Assembly (NCBI GenBank): GCA_937975135.1
Contig: CALJVA010000015.1
Coordinates: 1,064-65,063 of the forward strand
Direction of reading: 5' to 3'
DNA from: an uncultured Thermoactinomycetaceae bacterium
GTDB taxonomy: Bacteria; Bacillota; Bacilli; Thermoactinomycetales; CALJVA01
Length of the DNA stretch: 64,000 bases
A model generated the notes under the pieces. It worked only from the letters and a program-made list of their open reading frames with translations. It searched no databases and was not told the DNA's origin. The position numbers and the translations under genes were made by a program. This document shows positions 1-11,618 of this stretch, in pieces; position 1 is the stretch's first letter; each line of letters starts with the position of its first letter.

Positions 1-1
1 A

Positions 2-64
2 AAACTAGTACAGCGGGAAGAAGCAATGCGGCGTAAGGTGCTGGAATCAGCCCATCTGGAGTGA
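2..64 (+). CDS. purE: 3' end of N5-CAIR mutase gene, truncated by window edge
   Basis: Frame is open from the window edge (KLVQREEAMRRKVLESAHLE*) with stop tga at 62-64, 44 nt before the purK start. Position matches the purE-purK order of Bacillus pur operons. The fragment is too short for motif support. Confidence 0.5.
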   Translation, partial: KLVQREEAMRRKVLESAHLE

Positions 65-107
65 TCAAAGCTTAGAACATAGTGATTTAGTCAAAGGGTG
101 ATTATGT

Positions 108-1268
108 TTGTCACAAGCGAAAAAAGCGGCCTCCAAGGATATCATCCTGCCCGGTAGTACGATTGGAATTTTGGGTGGAGGTCAGCTAGGTCGGATGATT
201 ATTCTAGAAGGGCGAAAAATGGGATATCGGTTCGTTGTTTTAGACCCCACCCCTAACTCTCCAGCAGGTCAGGTTGCGGACCAGCAGCTCATAGCTTCCT
301 ATAGTGATCTAAATGCAGGAGAGAAGTTGGCTGCCCTTTCTGATGTGATTCTCTATGAGTTTGAAAATGTGGACGCTGAAGTAGTGAGATACTTAGAAAG
401 CCAGACTTCTCTTCCCCAAGGTAGTTGGTTGCTTAAGGTCTCACAAAATCGTATTCGGGAAAAAAATGCGCTCGTTGAAATTGGAGTTCCAGTTGCTCCA
501 TACCGAGAAGTAAGGAGTATAGCCCAATTGCATCAGGCAGTCGAAACTCTTGGTTATCCCTGTATATTGAAAACAGCAATGGGCGGTTACGATGGTCGAG
601 GTCAACGAATCATTCGTAACAAACGAGAAATTGAAGCAGTGGGGAAAGAGTTTTTGCTCCATGATGAAGAGTATATCCTGGAATCTTATATTCCCTTTAC
701 CAAAGAATTGTCGGTGATTGTGGCCCGAAATGGTATGGGAGAGATCCGTAGCTTTCCAGTAGCGGAAAATATTCATCAACGCCATATCTTACATCATTCG
801 ATTATACCGGCCCGCATTGAGCCAACCGTGGCAAAGGAAGCAGAAAAAATCGCCCGAAAAATTGCAGAGGAGTGGGAAATTGTTGGGCTAGTGGCAGTAG
901 AAATGTTTTTATTACCGAGCGGGGAATTAATGGTGAATGAGATTGCTCCACGGCCTCATAATTCAGGTCACTATACTTATGATGCCTGTAAAACTTCTCA
1001 GTTTGAACAGATGATTCGGGCTGTATGCGGACTTCCACTGGGATCTACCGAGCTACTTGCGGAGGCGCTCATGGTGAATGTGCTGGGAGAGCATTTGCCC
1101 ATGTTGATCGAAAAATTACCTGATCTAACTTCTGATATCAAACTTCATCTCTATGGAAAAGAGAAAGCAAAAGAAGGACGGAAGATGGGTCATATCACCC
1201 TGTTAACGGAATGTGTCGATGAGGCGTTGATCCAGATTGAACAAATGAATATTTGGAGTCTTAAATGA
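108..1268 (+). CDS. purK: N5-carboxyaminoimidazole ribonucleotide synthase (ATP-grasp)
   Basis: 386-aa ORF with TTG start. Motifs ILGGGQLGRM, GYPCILKT and EIAPRPHNSGH are typical of PurK. It is the first full gene of the pur operon. Confidence 0.93.
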   Translation: MSQAKKAASKDIILPGSTIGILGGGQLGRMIILEGRKMGYRFVVLDPTPNSPAGQVADQQLIASYSDLNAGEKLAALSDVILYEFENVDAEVVRYLESQTSLPQGSWLLKVSQNRIREKNALVEIGVPVAPYREVRSIAQLHQAVETLGYPCILKTAMGGYDGRGQRIIRNKREIEAVGKEFLLHDEEYILESYIPFTKELSVIVARNGMGEIRSFPVAENIHQRHILHHSIIPARIEPTVAKEAEKIARKIAEEWEIVGLVAVEMFLLPSGELMVNEIAPRPHNSGHYTYDACKTSQFEQMIRAVCGLPLGSTELLAEALMVNVLGEHLPMLIEKLPDLTSDIKLHLYGKEKAKEGRKMGHITLLTECVDEALIQIEQMNIWSLK

Positions 1269-1384
1269 AAAAGTTCATCTGAATTGGTGTCTTAAAGCAT
1301 TTTTTGAGAAGGATCAATGAATGGATAATGGTCTGAAAGGGATATGAGGATAGCCCTTAAGAGCCATAAAAGGAGATGTTTTTG

Positions 1385-2680
1385 ATGATCGAACGTTACA
1401 CCCGGCCTGAAATGGGAGCAATTTGGACAGATGAGAATCGTTATCAAGCTTGGTTAAAAGTAGAGATTGCCGCCTGTGAAGCTTGGGCAGAGTTAGGAGT
1501 TATACCCCAAGAAGATGTGGAGAAAATTAAGAAAAACGCACGGATTGATATCAAACGGATTCTTGAAATTGAAGAAGAGACACGCCATGATGTTGTCGCA
1601 TTTACACGGCAGATTGCAGAAACCCTTGGGTCTGAATCAAAATGGGTTCACTACGGCCTTACCTCTACTGATGTTGTGGATACTGCCCTCTCTTATCTCC
1701 TGAAGCAAGCCAATGAAATCCTTTTACGTGATGTGGATCGTTTTATCGAGGTATTGCGAGAGAAGGCCTTGGCATACAAAGAGACTGTCATGATAGGGCG
1801 TACCCATGGCGTTCACGCTGAGCCGACGACGTTTGGCTTGAAAATGGCCCTTTGGTATGAAGAAATGAAACGTCACCGCGAACGATTGAAACAAGCAGCA
1901 GAAGGGGTTCGAGTCGGTAAAATATCCGGTGCAGTAGGTACCTATGCAAATATCGATCCCTTTGTTGAAGAATATGTTTGTAAGCAATTAGGGTTAAAGC
2001 CTGCACCCATTTCTACACAGACCCTTCAACGGGATCGGCATGCTGAGTATATTGCGACACTTGCCCTTATTGCTACTTCCTTGGAGAAGTTTGCAACCGA
2101 GGTACGTGCTTTACAAAAGAGTGAGACACGTGAAGTGGAAGAATCTTTCCGCAAAGGGCAAAAAGGATCTTCTGCTATGCCCCATAAACGGAACCCTATC
2201 GGATCAGAAAATATCAGTGGTCTTGCTCGGGTTGTACGCGGTTATATGGTATCCGCTTATGAAAATGTCCCCCTTTGGCATGAACGGGATATTTCCCATT
2301 CATCGGTAGAGCGTGTGATTATTCCTGATGCGACAATCCTACTCAATTATATGCTGAACCGCTTTGCTTCCATTATTGAAAATCTTACTGTTTTTCCCGA
2401 AAATATGCTTCGCAATATGGAGCGTACCTATGGTCTGATCTATTCCCAGCGTGTTCTCCTCACCCTGATCAATAAAGGGTTCCCACGGGAAACAGCTTAT
2501 GATCGTGTGCAGCAGTTAGCCATGCAAGCCTGGGAAGAGCAACGTTCCTTCCGTACTTTGGTAGAAAAAGATGAAATGATTACTGAAGTACTTTCCGCCG
2601 AGGAAATCGATGACTGCTTTGATCCCCGTTATCACTTGAAACATGTTGACACGATCTTTAAACGACTGGGACTTCTTTAA
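1385..2680 (+). CDS. purB: adenylosuccinate lyase
   Basis: N-terminus [30 protein letters not shown] and the signature [11 protein letters not shown] are present. The ORF track starts at 1376; the ATG at 1385 gives the canonical N-terminus. Confidence 0.95.
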   Translation: MIERYTRPEMGAIWTDENRYQAWLKVEIAACEAWAELGVIPQEDVEKIKKNARIDIKRILEIEEETRHDVVAFTRQIAETLGSESKWVHYGLTSTDVVDTALSYLLKQANEILLRDVDRFIEVLREKALAYKETVMIGRTHGVHAEPTTFGLKMALWYEEMKRHRERLKQAAEGVRVGKISGAVGTYANIDPFVEEYVCKQLGLKPAPISTQTLQRDRHAEYIATLALIATSLEKFATEVRALQKSETREVEESFRKGQKGSSAMPHKRNPIGSENISGLARVVRGYMVSAYENVPLWHERDISHSSVERVIIPDATILLNYMLNRFASIIENLTVFPENMLRNMERTYGLIYSQRVLLTLINKGFPRETAYDRVQQLAMQAWEEQRSFRTLVEKDEMITEVLSAEEIDDCFDPRYHLKHVDTIFKRLGLL

Positions 2681-2886
2681 GATATGCCGCTGTGAAATGG
2701 CGACGCGATTTTCCAGAAGTAAGCTGGGATTTGTAAGAAGCGTAGTAATTGTACTTATGTTTACGGAGGTGAGGGCTACGAATTCCTTTAATTTTTAAGG
2801 AGCAAAGAGGGTAGCTGAGATCACCTCCAGGTTATCCAAGGACTATTCTCCGTGGTGCTTTGTAAAACAATCTAAGGAGGAGAAAC

Positions 2887-3606
2887 ATGGAGCGGGGAGA
2901 GTTGCTATATGAAGGAAAGGCGAAGAAGATCTATCATACAAAGGATCCAAACTTTGTCTGGGTAGTCTATAAAGATGATGCGACAGCCTTTAATGGGGAG
3001 AAAAAAGGTCAAATTACGCAAAAAGGGGAGCTAAACAATCGAATAAGCAGCTTTCTCTTTCATTACTTAGCAAAGCGAGGGGTTTCCAATCACTGGGTTA
3101 AGATGCTTTCCCCAACGGAACAGCTGGTTCGACGCGTACAGATCATTTTGTTAGAAGTGGTGGTTCGTTATCGAGCTGCCGGCAGCTTAGTAAAACGATT
3201 GGGAATGAAGGAAGGAGAAGTGTTATCCACTCCGATCGTTGAGTTTTATTACAAAAATGATGCGTTAGGAGATCCGCTTATCAATCAAGATCATATCAAC
3301 GCTTTAAATCTTGCTACACCGGAACAGGTGAAGAATATGCGGGATACCAGCCTAATTGTAGGAAAACACCTTCAGGAGCTGTTTCAGCAACACCATATTA
3401 TTTTGGCCGACTTTAAACTAGAGTTTGGGATGGATCGACAAGGGAGTTTACTTTTGGCAGACGAGATTTCTCCCGATACCTGCCGACTCTGGGATCAAAG
3501 AACCGGTGAAAAGCTGGATAAAGATCGTTTTCGACAAGATTTAGGAAATGTATCTGAGGCTTATCGTGAAATTTGGCATCGTTTGGAGGGGAAAGCAGAT
3601 GTTTAA
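2887..3606 (+). CDS. purC: SAICAR synthetase
   Basis: 239 aa with LYEGKAKKIY, LEVVVRYRAAGS and LADEISPDTCRLWD motifs. SD aaggagg lies upstream. Confidence 0.95.
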   Translation: MERGELLYEGKAKKIYHTKDPNFVWVVYKDDATAFNGEKKGQITQKGELNNRISSFLFHYLAKRGVSNHWVKMLSPTEQLVRRVQIILLEVVVRYRAAGSLVKRLGMKEGEVLSTPIVEFYYKNDALGDPLINQDHINALNLATPEQVKNMRDTSLIVGKHLQELFQQHHIILADFKLEFGMDRQGSLLLADEISPDTCRLWDQRTGEKLDKDRFRQDLGNVSEAYREIWHRLEGKADV

Positions 3607-3850
3607 AGGAATTGTGGAGATCGCTCTAAAGCCTGGTGTTGTCGATCCGCCAGGTGTAGCAATCAAAGAATCTTTACATTCTTTAGGATTTAATGAAGTA
3701 GAGTCTGTCCGGATGGGTAAGCGAGTTGAAGTTCACCTTAATGCTGCAAATCGTGAGGAAGCAGAGAAGCAACTCCAAAAAATGTGTGAACAGTTATTGG
3801 TCAATCCTGTGATCGAGGAGTACACCTTTTATGTAGAGGAGGAAGCTTAA
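3599..3850 (+). CDS. purS: FGAM synthetase subunit PurS
   Basis: MFKGIVEIALKPGVVDPPGVAIKESLHSLGF... is an 83-aa PurS-like sequence. ATG 3599 overlaps the purC stop; the ORF-track start at 3548 is an upstream extension inside purC. Confidence 0.9.
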   Translation: MFKGIVEIALKPGVVDPPGVAIKESLHSLGFNEVESVRMGKRVEVHLNAANREEAEKQLQKMCEQLLVNPVIEEYTFYVEEEA

Positions 3851-4524
3851 TGCGTTTTGCCGTCCTGATGTTTCCTGGTTCCAGTGGGATGGAATGTGTC
3901 CGTATAATCGAAAAATTCCTGAAGCAACCGGTTAGCAAGGTATGGCATCGGGAACGGGATTTATCCAATTATGATGTCATTATTTTACCAGGAGGCTTCT
4001 CCTATGGTGATTATCTTCGACCAGGAGCATTGGCCGCTTTATCTCCAGTGATTGATGGGGTTCGTGTGGCTGCAGAGCACGGAAAGTTGATCCTAGGGAT
4101 TGGTAATGGATTTCAGATTCTCTTGGAAGCAGGTTTGTTGCCAGGGACGGTGTTACCCAATAATCATCAACAATTCCGTTGTGGGATTCAAAGGGTACGT
4201 GTGGAACAGAGGGAGACGCCTTTTACGAGAGAGTACCAAGTGGGCGAGGTGATTTCCCTTCCCTTTGCCCATGGACATGGAAACTATTATTGTGATCCAG
4301 AGACCCTTCAGTCATTGCAGAAATCTAAGCAGATTATTTTTCGTTATTACGGTGAGAATCCCAATGGTTCTCTTGATGGGATTGCAGGCTTGGTAAATAA
4401 AACAGGTAATGTACTGGGGACCATGCTACGACCAGAACGGGCGGTCGCTCTAGGAGCTGGTTTTGGCGGTGAACGAATATTTACTTCGATGCTTCGTTTC
4501 GGGAGGGAGAAGGGTGTTATCTGA
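3850..4524 (+). CDS. purQ: FGAM synthetase glutaminase-subunit homologue with degenerate catalytic triad
   Basis: 224 aa, collinear with PurQ ([27 protein letters not shown]). The start overlaps the purS stop (TAATG). The nucleophile motif reads GIGNGFQ and the His motif reads MLRPER (see findings). Confidence 0.9.
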   Translation: MRFAVLMFPGSSGMECVRIIEKFLKQPVSKVWHRERDLSNYDVIILPGGFSYGDYLRPGALAALSPVIDGVRVAAEHGKLILGIGNGFQILLEAGLLPGTVLPNNHQQFRCGIQRVRVEQRETPFTREYQVGEVISLPFAHGHGNYYCDPETLQSLQKSKQIIFRYYGENPNGSLDGIAGLVNKTGNVLGTMLRPERAVALGAGFGGERIFTSMLRFGREKGVI

Positions 4525-6772
4525 ACAAAAGCAACCGTTTTTAGAGCCAACGCCTGAGGAGATTTGCGAGAAGAGGCTGTACCAAAAGATGGGGATGACT
4601 ACTGAAGAGTATGAAAAAGTAGTCCAACACCTCGGACGACTCCCTAATTGGACGGAGACAGGGATTTATAGTGTGATGTGGTCAGAACATTGTAGCTATA
4701 AAAACTCCAAAGCACTGCTGCGTCTTTTTCCGACCGAAGGTCCTCAGGTATTGCAGGGACCTGGTGAGGGAGCTGGTGCGATCGATATTGGAGATGGACA
4801 GGCGGTGGTGTTCAAGATTGAAAGCCATAACCACCCTTCTGCTGTGGAACCTTTTCAAGGAGCAGCCACAGGAGTGGGTGGAATCATGCGGGATGTGTTT
4901 TCCATGGGTGCCCGTCCCATTGCACTGCTCAATTCTCTCCGCTTTGGTTCCTTGGATAAGGAAGATGTCCGCCATCTATTAAAACAAGCTGTGGCGGGGA
5001 TTGGTTATTACGGGAATGTGATTGGGGTTCCTACAGTGGGTGGGGAAGTTGTGTTCGATCCGGTTTATAACGAAACTCCATTGGTAAACGCGATGTGTGT
5101 CGGACTTCTCTCACATGGGGATCTACAAAAAGGGATTGCCAAAGGCAAAGGAAATCGGGTAATTTACATCGGCGCAAGTACAGGTCGTGATGGAATTCAT
5201 GGTGCAACCTTTGCTTCAGAAGAGCTGAGTGAAGACTCTGAAGAGATGGTACCTGCGGTACAAGCCGGAGATCCATTTATGGGCAAACGGTTAATGGAAG
5301 CTTGTCTGGAATTAGTCCAAGCACAGATTTTAGTGGGAATTCAGGATATGGGTGCTGCAGGTTTGACCAGTTCCAGTGTGGAGATGGCAGCCAAAGGAGA
5401 AAGTGGTATCTTACTGAATCTAGATGCGGTTCCCCAGCGAGATCCTGAAATGACACCTTATGAAATGATGTTGTCAGAATCTCAAGAGCGGATGTTAGTG
5501 ATTGTGGAGGAAAAGAATGTAGCAGAGGTTCATCGTATTTGCCAGAAGTGGGAGGTTCAATCCGTTGATATTGGGGAAGTGACTGATGATGGCACACTTA
5601 CCCTAATACACAAGAACAAGAAAGTAACTTCTCTTCCTATAAAGACTCTTGTTAATGCTCCTATGGTGTACCGTGAAGCGAATGAGCCTGCCTACTATCA
5701 ATCCTTTGCAACGGTTGATCCTGTTCAAGAATTAGCAGGAATCGAAGTGGAAAAGGCATTTTACCAGGTACTTTCATCCCCTAACGTAGCAAGTAAACGC
5801 TGGGTGTATCAACAGTACGATTATATGGCTCAGGGAGCTACTGTTGTATCTCCGGGATCTGATGCAGGTGTGATCGCGATTGAGGGGACAAAAAAATTCC
5901 TCGCTGTAACCACTGATGGCAATGGTCGATATGTCTATCTAGATCCAAAGGTGGGAGGAGCCATTGCTGTAGCAGAAGCGGCCCGCAACTTGGTTTGCAC
6001 AGGAGCTAAACCCCTCGCGATTACCGATGGGCTCAACTTTGGTAGTCCGGAAAAACCGGAGATTTATTGGCAAATGACGGGTGCCATTCAAGGGATGCAG
6101 GCAGCTTGCCTCACATTGGAGACCCCGGTTACAGGGGGGAATGTAAGTCTGTACAATGAAACCGCTGGCCAAGCGGTTTATCCAACACCGATCGTTGGAA
6201 TGGTTGGTTTGATTGATGGGCCTGAGAAAATCACCACTCATTCTTTTAAAAATGAGGGCGATATAATTCTCCTACTTGGAAATACGCTGGCTGAACTGGG
6301 CGGCAGTGAATTGCAACAATGTATTACCGGCCAGATTTCTGGACGGCCACCCCAGATTGATCTAGAGCGTGAAAAAAATGTGCAAAAAGTTGTTTTGGAG
6401 GCGATTTACTCCGGTTGGGTTCAATCGGCCCATGATTTATCTGAAGGAGGATTGGCCGTTGCCTTAGCGGAGTGCTGTATCAGTGGGAATCGAGGAGCGG
6501 AACTTGCTATAAAAACGGATCTTAGTCCCCTTACCTTCTTGTTTAGTGAAAGCCAGTCCCGTGTTTTGCTCAGTGTTAAAGTAGATCATCTTGAAAAAGT
6601 CGCCCAACTGGCTGCAGCGTACCAAGTACCTTTAACTCAACTGGGTCGTGTAGGGAAATCGCAAGTGTCTGTGACTGTGAATGGAGAGCTTTTAATCGAT
6701 GCTCCCCTTTGTAAGCTGCAGCAAACGTGGGAAGGGGCGATACCATGGGCGATGAGTTCCACTTCGAGTTAA
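4514..6772 (+). CDS. purL: FGAM synthetase subunit PurL (small type)
   Basis: [20 protein letters not shown] and GGNVSLYNE motifs are present. A likely GTG start at 4514 overlaps the purQ end; the ORF track begins at 4463. Confidence 0.95.
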   Translation: MLSEQKQPFLEPTPEEICEKRLYQKMGMTTEEYEKVVQHLGRLPNWTETGIYSVMWSEHCSYKNSKALLRLFPTEGPQVLQGPGEGAGAIDIGDGQAVVFKIESHNHPSAVEPFQGAATGVGGIMRDVFSMGARPIALLNSLRFGSLDKEDVRHLLKQAVAGIGYYGNVIGVPTVGGEVVFDPVYNETPLVNAMCVGLLSHGDLQKGIAKGKGNRVIYIGASTGRDGIHGATFASEELSEDSEEMVPAVQAGDPFMGKRLMEACLELVQAQILVGIQDMGAAGLTSSSVEMAAKGESGILLNLDAVPQRDPEMTPYEMMLSESQERMLVIVEEKNVAEVHRICQKWEVQSVDIGEVTDDGTLTLIHKNKKVTSLPIKTLVNAPMVYREANEPAYYQSFATVDPVQELAGIEVEKAFYQVLSSPNVASKRWVYQQYDYMAQGATVVSPGSDAGVIAIEGTKKFLAVTTDGNGRYVYLDPKVGGAIAVAEAARNLVCTGAKPLAITDGLNFGSPEKPEIYWQMTGAIQGMQAACLTLETPVTGGNVSLYNETAGQAVYPTPIVGMVGLIDGPEKITTHSFKNEGDIILLLGNTLAELGGSELQQCITGQISGRPPQIDLEREKNVQKVVLEAIYSGWVQSAHDLSEGGLAVALAECCISGNRGAELAIKTDLSPLTFLFSESQSRVLLSVKVDHLEKVAQLAAAYQVPLTQLGRVGKSQVSVTVNGELLIDAPLCKLQQTWEGAIPWAMSSTSS

Positions 6773-8175
6773 AAGAAGAGTGCGGTGTTTTTGGTGTAGT
6801 CGGACACAAAGAAGCAGCACAGCTTGCTTATTATGGACTTCATGCACTGCAGCATCGAGGTCAGGAGAGTGCCGGGATCGTTACCACTACGGGGGAGAAG
6901 TTTCATGTTCATCGCGATCTCGGACTGGTAACCGAAGTCTTCAATAGTGATCGTTTAATGCAGTTAAAGGGAGAGATGGCAATCGGCCATGTCCGTTATA
7001 CGAAAAGTGGGGAGAGTGGCCTTCTTAATGTACAACCCTTGGTATTTAACCGGGGTGCTGGTCCCTTGGCGATTGCTACCAATGGCAATTTAGTTAATGG
7101 GTCTGAAATTAGAAAAGAGTTAGAAGAAACGGGCTCCATTTTCCAAACAACTTCCAACACGGAAGTGATCGCACATCTGATTGTCCGATCCAGGAAAAGT
7201 ACCATCGAAGAAGCGATAAAAGAGGCATTACGTCAATTGGTAGGAGCTTATGCTCTTCTGATATTAACCAAAGATCAGCTCTTTGTCGCCCAAGACCCTC
7301 ATGGATTACGTCCGTTATCCGTTGGACGCTTGGAGCAGTCCTATGTATTTTCATCAGAGACCTGTGCTCTGGATGCGATTGGTGCAGAATATTGGCGTGA
7401 AATTGAGCCAGGAGAGTTAGTAGTTATCAATCACAACGGAGATTTTCGAAGCGAACCCTTTACCCAATCCGTTCGCCGTGCAGTATGTTCTTTTGAGTAC
7501 ATTTACTTTGCCCGCCCGGACAGTAATATTGCTGGGGCAAATGTTCATACCGTCCGTAAAAAGTTGGGGCGTCTGCTGGCGAAAGAGGCACCGGTTGCAG
7601 CTGATGTAGTAACTGGTGTGCCTGATTCCAGTATCTCAGCGGCCATTGGTTATGCTGAAGCGACGGGTACCCCTTATGAACTGGCGTTAATTAAAAATCG
7701 ATATATTGGCAGAACCTTTATCAAGCCCAGTCCAGAGTTACGTGAACAAGGAGTAAAGATGAAGCTTAGTGCTGTACGCAAAGTGGTCGAAGGGAAGCGA
7801 GTCGTCATGGTAGACGATTCGTTAGTTCGGGGGACTACTTCCCGGCGATTGGTAAGTCTTTTGCGCGCAGCGGGGGCTAAAGAAGTACATGTTCGGATTA
7901 GCTCACCTCCAGTAAAAAATCCCTGTTTCTATGGGATTGACACTGCGGATCGTAAGCATTTGATTGCTGCAAATAAATCGGTAGAAGAGATTCGTAAAGA
8001 GATTGGAGCGGACAGTTTGTACTTTTTAAGCGAGCAAGGACTGTTGACGGCAATTGGCCGTCCAGTAGAGATGAACCATAGTGGTCAATGTTTGGCTTGT
8101 TTTAACGGGGATTATCCGACACCGATTGAAACTGCGATGGGAGCTCCAAAGGTGGAGAAAATAGATTGGTCTTGA
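6745..8175 (+). CDS. purF: amidophosphoribosyltransferase
   Basis: [21 protein letters not shown] is a short propeptide followed by the N-terminal nucleophile Cys, as in B. subtilis PurF. Fe-S Cys ligands ([26 protein letters not shown]) and the PRPP loop [12 protein letters not shown] are present. Confidence 0.95.
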   Translation: MGDEFHFELKEECGVFGVVGHKEAAQLAYYGLHALQHRGQESAGIVTTTGEKFHVHRDLGLVTEVFNSDRLMQLKGEMAIGHVRYTKSGESGLLNVQPLVFNRGAGPLAIATNGNLVNGSEIRKELEETGSIFQTTSNTEVIAHLIVRSRKSTIEEAIKEALRQLVGAYALLILTKDQLFVAQDPHGLRPLSVGRLEQSYVFSSETCALDAIGAEYWREIEPGELVVINHNGDFRSEPFTQSVRRAVCSFEYIYFARPDSNIAGANVHTVRKKLGRLLAKEAPVAADVVTGVPDSSISAAIGYAEATGTPYELALIKNRYIGRTFIKPSPELREQGVKMKLSAVRKVVEGKRVVMVDDSLVRGTTSRRLVSLLRAAGAKEVHVRISSPPVKNPCFYGIDTADRKHLIAANKSVEEIRKEIGADSLYFLSEQGLLTAIGRPVEMNHSGQCLACFNGDYPTPIETAMGAPKVEKIDWS

Positions 8176-8378
8176 AACATTTCCTAGAGGATTTATGTGC
8201 TTAGAGAAGACCCTTCGATTTTAGGGATCAATAGAAAAGATTGAAAGTAGGGACCAAGGGAGTGTTAGGGATTGGACCTTGTATTGAAATGACAATGGAG
8301 TCGCCTAAACACTCCCGGGTCTAGTGAACAGCAGATTGCACCGAAATGACGATTGCTAACAATGATGGAGGAAGAAGC

Positions 8379-9413
8379 ATGAGTGAAGCATACCGGGCAG
8401 CCGGAGTAGATATCGATAAGGGGAATGAAGCTGTCGAGCGGATGAAACAACACGTGGCACGAACAAATCGTCCTGAAGTTATTGGTGGTTTAGGTGGGTT
8501 CGGCGGTCTATTTGCTCTAGGTTCCTACAGGGATCCAGTTTTAGTGGCAGCAACAGATGGGGTAGGAACCAAATTGAAAGTAGCATTTGCGATGAACCGC
8601 CACGATACCATTGGGATTGATTGTGTGGCCATGTGTGTGAACGACCTTGTGGTTCAAGGAGCAGAACCGCTCTTCTTTCTCGATTACCTTGCGACAGGAA
8701 AATTAGAGCCTGAGCAGGTAGAAGCCGTTGTTAAAGGAGTAGCGGAAGGCTGTTTGGAAGCGGGATGTGCTTTAATCGGTGGGGAGACTGCGGAGATGCC
8801 TGGAATGTTCGCCCCAGATGAGTATGATATTGCGGGCTTCTCTGTGGGGGTCGTTGAAAGAGAAGAATTGATTACAGGAGAGCGGATCCAGCCCGGTGAT
8901 GTGATTATCGGATTGGCTTCCAGTGGCTTGCATAGCAATGGGTACTCTTTGGCACGTCGTGTTTTGTTGGAAGGCCGATGGGAGCGCATCAATGAACGTG
9001 CTGCGGGAGATGATCGGACATTGGGGGAAGTGCTGCTTACCCCGACTAGAATCTATGTTTCAATCTTCCGTTCCATGATGAAAAAGTTTGATATTAAAGG
9101 TGGGGCACATATTACGGGAGGTGGTTTATTGGAAAACATTCCTCGTATCCTCCCAAAGGGTTGTCATGCCAAGCTGGAGCGAAATGCTTGGGAGATCCCT
9201 CCTATCTTTAGACAGATTGAAGAGGAAGGCAACCTTTCAACGGGTGACCTTTACCGAACCTTTAATATGGGTATTGGTATGGTCCTGATTCTTCCATTGG
9301 AACAGGCAGATACAGCTCTTACTTTCGCAGAATCGGTTGGTGAAAAGGCATGGCGAATTGGGGAAATTGTCTCAGGGGAACAGGGCTGTAGTTGGATTGG
9401 CGGGGAGGAATAA
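8379..9413 (+). CDS. purM: AIR synthetase
   Basis: [19 protein letters not shown] and [10 protein letters not shown] motifs are present. SD ggagga lies 6 nt before ATG 8379; the ORF track starts at 8346. Confidence 0.95.
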   Translation: MSEAYRAAGVDIDKGNEAVERMKQHVARTNRPEVIGGLGGFGGLFALGSYRDPVLVAATDGVGTKLKVAFAMNRHDTIGIDCVAMCVNDLVVQGAEPLFFLDYLATGKLEPEQVEAVVKGVAEGCLEAGCALIGGETAEMPGMFAPDEYDIAGFSVGVVEREELITGERIQPGDVIIGLASSGLHSNGYSLARRVLLEGRWERINERAAGDDRTLGEVLLTPTRIYVSIFRSMMKKFDIKGGAHITGGGLLENIPRILPKGCHAKLERNAWEIPPIFRQIEEEGNLSTGDLYRTFNMGIGMVLILPLEQADTALTFAESVGEKAWRIGEIVSGEQGCSWIGGEE

Positions 9414-9416
9414 CCG

Positions 9417-10031
9417 ATGGGAATCGCAGTATTTGCTTCTGGGAATGGAAGCAATTTTGAAGCATTGGTTCGTGATTCGCGGCGGAGAAACTGGCCTCTT
9501 CCGATTCGTTTGCTCGTAACCGATAAAGAAAACTGTGGAGCTTTGGAGCGGGCCAAGCGATTAGACGTACCCGCCTTCTCCTTCGATCCCAAGCAATATG
9601 CATCTAAAGAAGAGTATGAGCGAGAGATTCTTACTTTGCTTCAGGAGCAAGAAATTCAATGGATTGCCCTTGCAGGTTATATGCGGATTATTGGTCCTAC
9701 ACTTTTGCAGGCTTATCCTTGGCGAATTGTAAATGTTCATCCTTCCTTGCTTCCTGCCTTTCCAGGAAAGGATGCCGTGGGTCAAGCCCTTAAATATGGT
9801 GTCAAATGGACAGGGGCAACGATTCATTTTGTGGACGAGGGGATTGATACCGGTCCGATTATAGCCCAAAAGCCGGTCTTGGTTCATGAAGGTGATGATC
9901 ATACAACGCTAACCAAACGGATTCAGTTTCTGGAACATCATCTTTACCCGGCGACCTTACGACAATTGATCATGGGCAAGATTCCGCTTCCTTCTACCAC
10001 ATTTCTGCAAAAGAGGGGGAAAGAGATGTGA
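9417..10031 (+). CDS. purN: GAR formyltransferase
   Basis: 204 aa with [22 protein letters not shown] and [11 protein letters not shown] motifs. Confidence 0.93.
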   Translation: MGIAVFASGNGSNFEALVRDSRRRNWPLPIRLLVTDKENCGALERAKRLDVPAFSFDPKQYASKEEYEREILTLLQEQEIQWIALAGYMRIIGPTLLQAYPWRIVNVHPSLLPAFPGKDAVGQALKYGVKWTGATIHFVDEGIDTGPIIAQKPVLVHEGDDHTTLTKRIQFLEHHLYPATLRQLIMGKIPLPSTTFLQKRGKEM

Positions 10032-11572
10032 ATAAACGACGTGCGTTAATCAGTGTTTTTGATAAAACCGGAATAGTTGACTTTGCCCGAGGCCTTGTAA
10101 AACATGGGGTGGAGATAATTTCCACCGGAGGAACATTCACAGTATTAGAAGAAGCTGGAATACCTGTGATAAGCGTATCCCAAGTGACTGGCTTTCCAGA
10201 AATATTGGACGGTCGGGTAAAAACATTACATCCCATCATTCATGGCGGATTACTGGCCAAACGTGATCAAGAGAGCCATCAAAAGCAACTGTTGGAGCAC
10301 GGAATTCTTCCAATTGATATTTTGGTTGTTAATCTGTATCCCTTTGAACAAACCATCGCAAAACCGGATGTAACCTATGATGAAGCAATTGAGAATATCG
10401 ACATTGGTGGTTCCGCAATGTTGCGAGCAGCAGCAAAAAATCATGCTCATGTAACAGTGATTGTAGATCCCGCCGATTATGACGTGGTCCTGGAGCGGAT
10501 CAGCTGCCAAGAGGAGAACGATTTTTCTTTTCGCCAGCGGATGGCTGCCAAAGCCTTTCGCCATACCGCTGCTTATGACGCCTTAATTGCCAATTATCTA
10601 AGTAAAGAGTGTGAAGAGAAGTTTCCTGAGCGACTTACCCTTACCTATGAAAAAGCACAAGAGCTTCGCTACGGAGAAAACCCACATCAAGAGGCCGCCT
10701 TTTATCGTGCTCCTTTAGTTAAAACTGGACAAATTGCGACTGCGCCCCAATTGCATGGTAAGGAGCTTTCCTATAATAATATCGCCGATGCCAATGCTGC
10801 TTTAGAGATTGTCTCGGAATTTTCCGAACCAACAGTAGTAGCAGTGAAACATATGAATCCCTGTGGTGTGGGGAGTGGAGAGAATATTTTTGCTGCTTAC
10901 CAAAAGGCGTATGAGGCAGATCCCACTTCTATTTTTGGAGGGATTGTGGCTGCCAACCGGCCCATTGATCGACAAACGGCAGAGCATATGGGGAAACTCT
11001 TTTTAGAAATCGTCCTCGCTCCCAGCTTTGAGCCGGAAGCCCTCACCTTACTAAAAAAGAAGAAAAACCTTCGCCTGTTAGAATTGGGTGATCCACAGGT
11101 TTGGGGGAAAGGAATCGAGTTGGAAATGAAGTCGGTTGGAGATGCGCTCCTGATCCAGCAAGTAGACCGCCGGTCTCTGGAGCGAAGCCAGTGTCAGGTT
11201 GTTACCAAGCGCTCTCCCTCCGAGGAGGAATGGGAGATGCTCTTGTTTGCCCGTAAAGTGGTGAAGCATGTAAAATCCAATGCGATTGTTTTGGCAAAGC
11301 ATGGACAAACCGTGGGAATTGGGGCGGGACAAACCAATCGAGTGGGGGCTGCCCGGATCGCGATCCGAGAGGCTGGCTCTAGAGCAAAGGGAGCTGTTCT
11401 AGGTTCTGATGCCTTCTTTCCCATGAAGGATACCGTAGAAGTAGCAGCAGAAGCGGGCATTACGGCAATTATCCAGCCGGGGGGTTCAATTCGCGATGAG
11501 GAATCAATTGCGGAAGCGGACCGTCATGGGATCGCCATGGTTTTTACCCATCTTCGCAACTTTAAACATTAA
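10028..11572 (+). CDS. purH: bifunctional AICAR formyltransferase / IMP cyclohydrolase
   Basis: 514 aa. [24 protein letters not shown] and [11 protein letters not shown] motifs are present. The GTG start overlaps the purN stop. Confidence 0.95.
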   Translation: MNKRRALISVFDKTGIVDFARGLVKHGVEIISTGGTFTVLEEAGIPVISVSQVTGFPEILDGRVKTLHPIIHGGLLAKRDQESHQKQLLEHGILPIDILVVNLYPFEQTIAKPDVTYDEAIENIDIGGSAMLRAAAKNHAHVTVIVDPADYDVVLERISCQEENDFSFRQRMAAKAFRHTAAYDALIANYLSKECEEKFPERLTLTYEKAQELRYGENPHQEAAFYRAPLVKTGQIATAPQLHGKELSYNNIADANAALEIVSEFSEPTVVAVKHMNPCGVGSGENIFAAYQKAYEADPTSIFGGIVAANRPIDRQTAEHMGKLFLEIVLAPSFEPEALTLLKKKKNLRLLELGDPQVWGKGIELEMKSVGDALLIQQVDRRSLERSQCQVVTKRSPSEEEWEMLLFARKVVKHVKSNAIVLAKHGQTVGIGAGQTNRVGAARIAIREAGSRAKGAVLGSDAFFPMKDTVEVAAEAGITAIIQPGGSIRDEESIAEADRHGIAMVFTHLRNFKH

Positions 11573-11618
11573 ATCCTACCATTCGATTGATTAAGTGTAT
11601 CAATAGGAGGGAGCCTAT

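Noticed and set aside
2681-2886. A purine, ZTP (pfl) or PRPP riboswitch might sit in the purB-purC gap.
   Set aside because: I could not find the conserved cores: no ccgcctgggc-type pfl 3' motif and no purine-riboswitch three-way-junction consensus. Only a generic hairpin is present.
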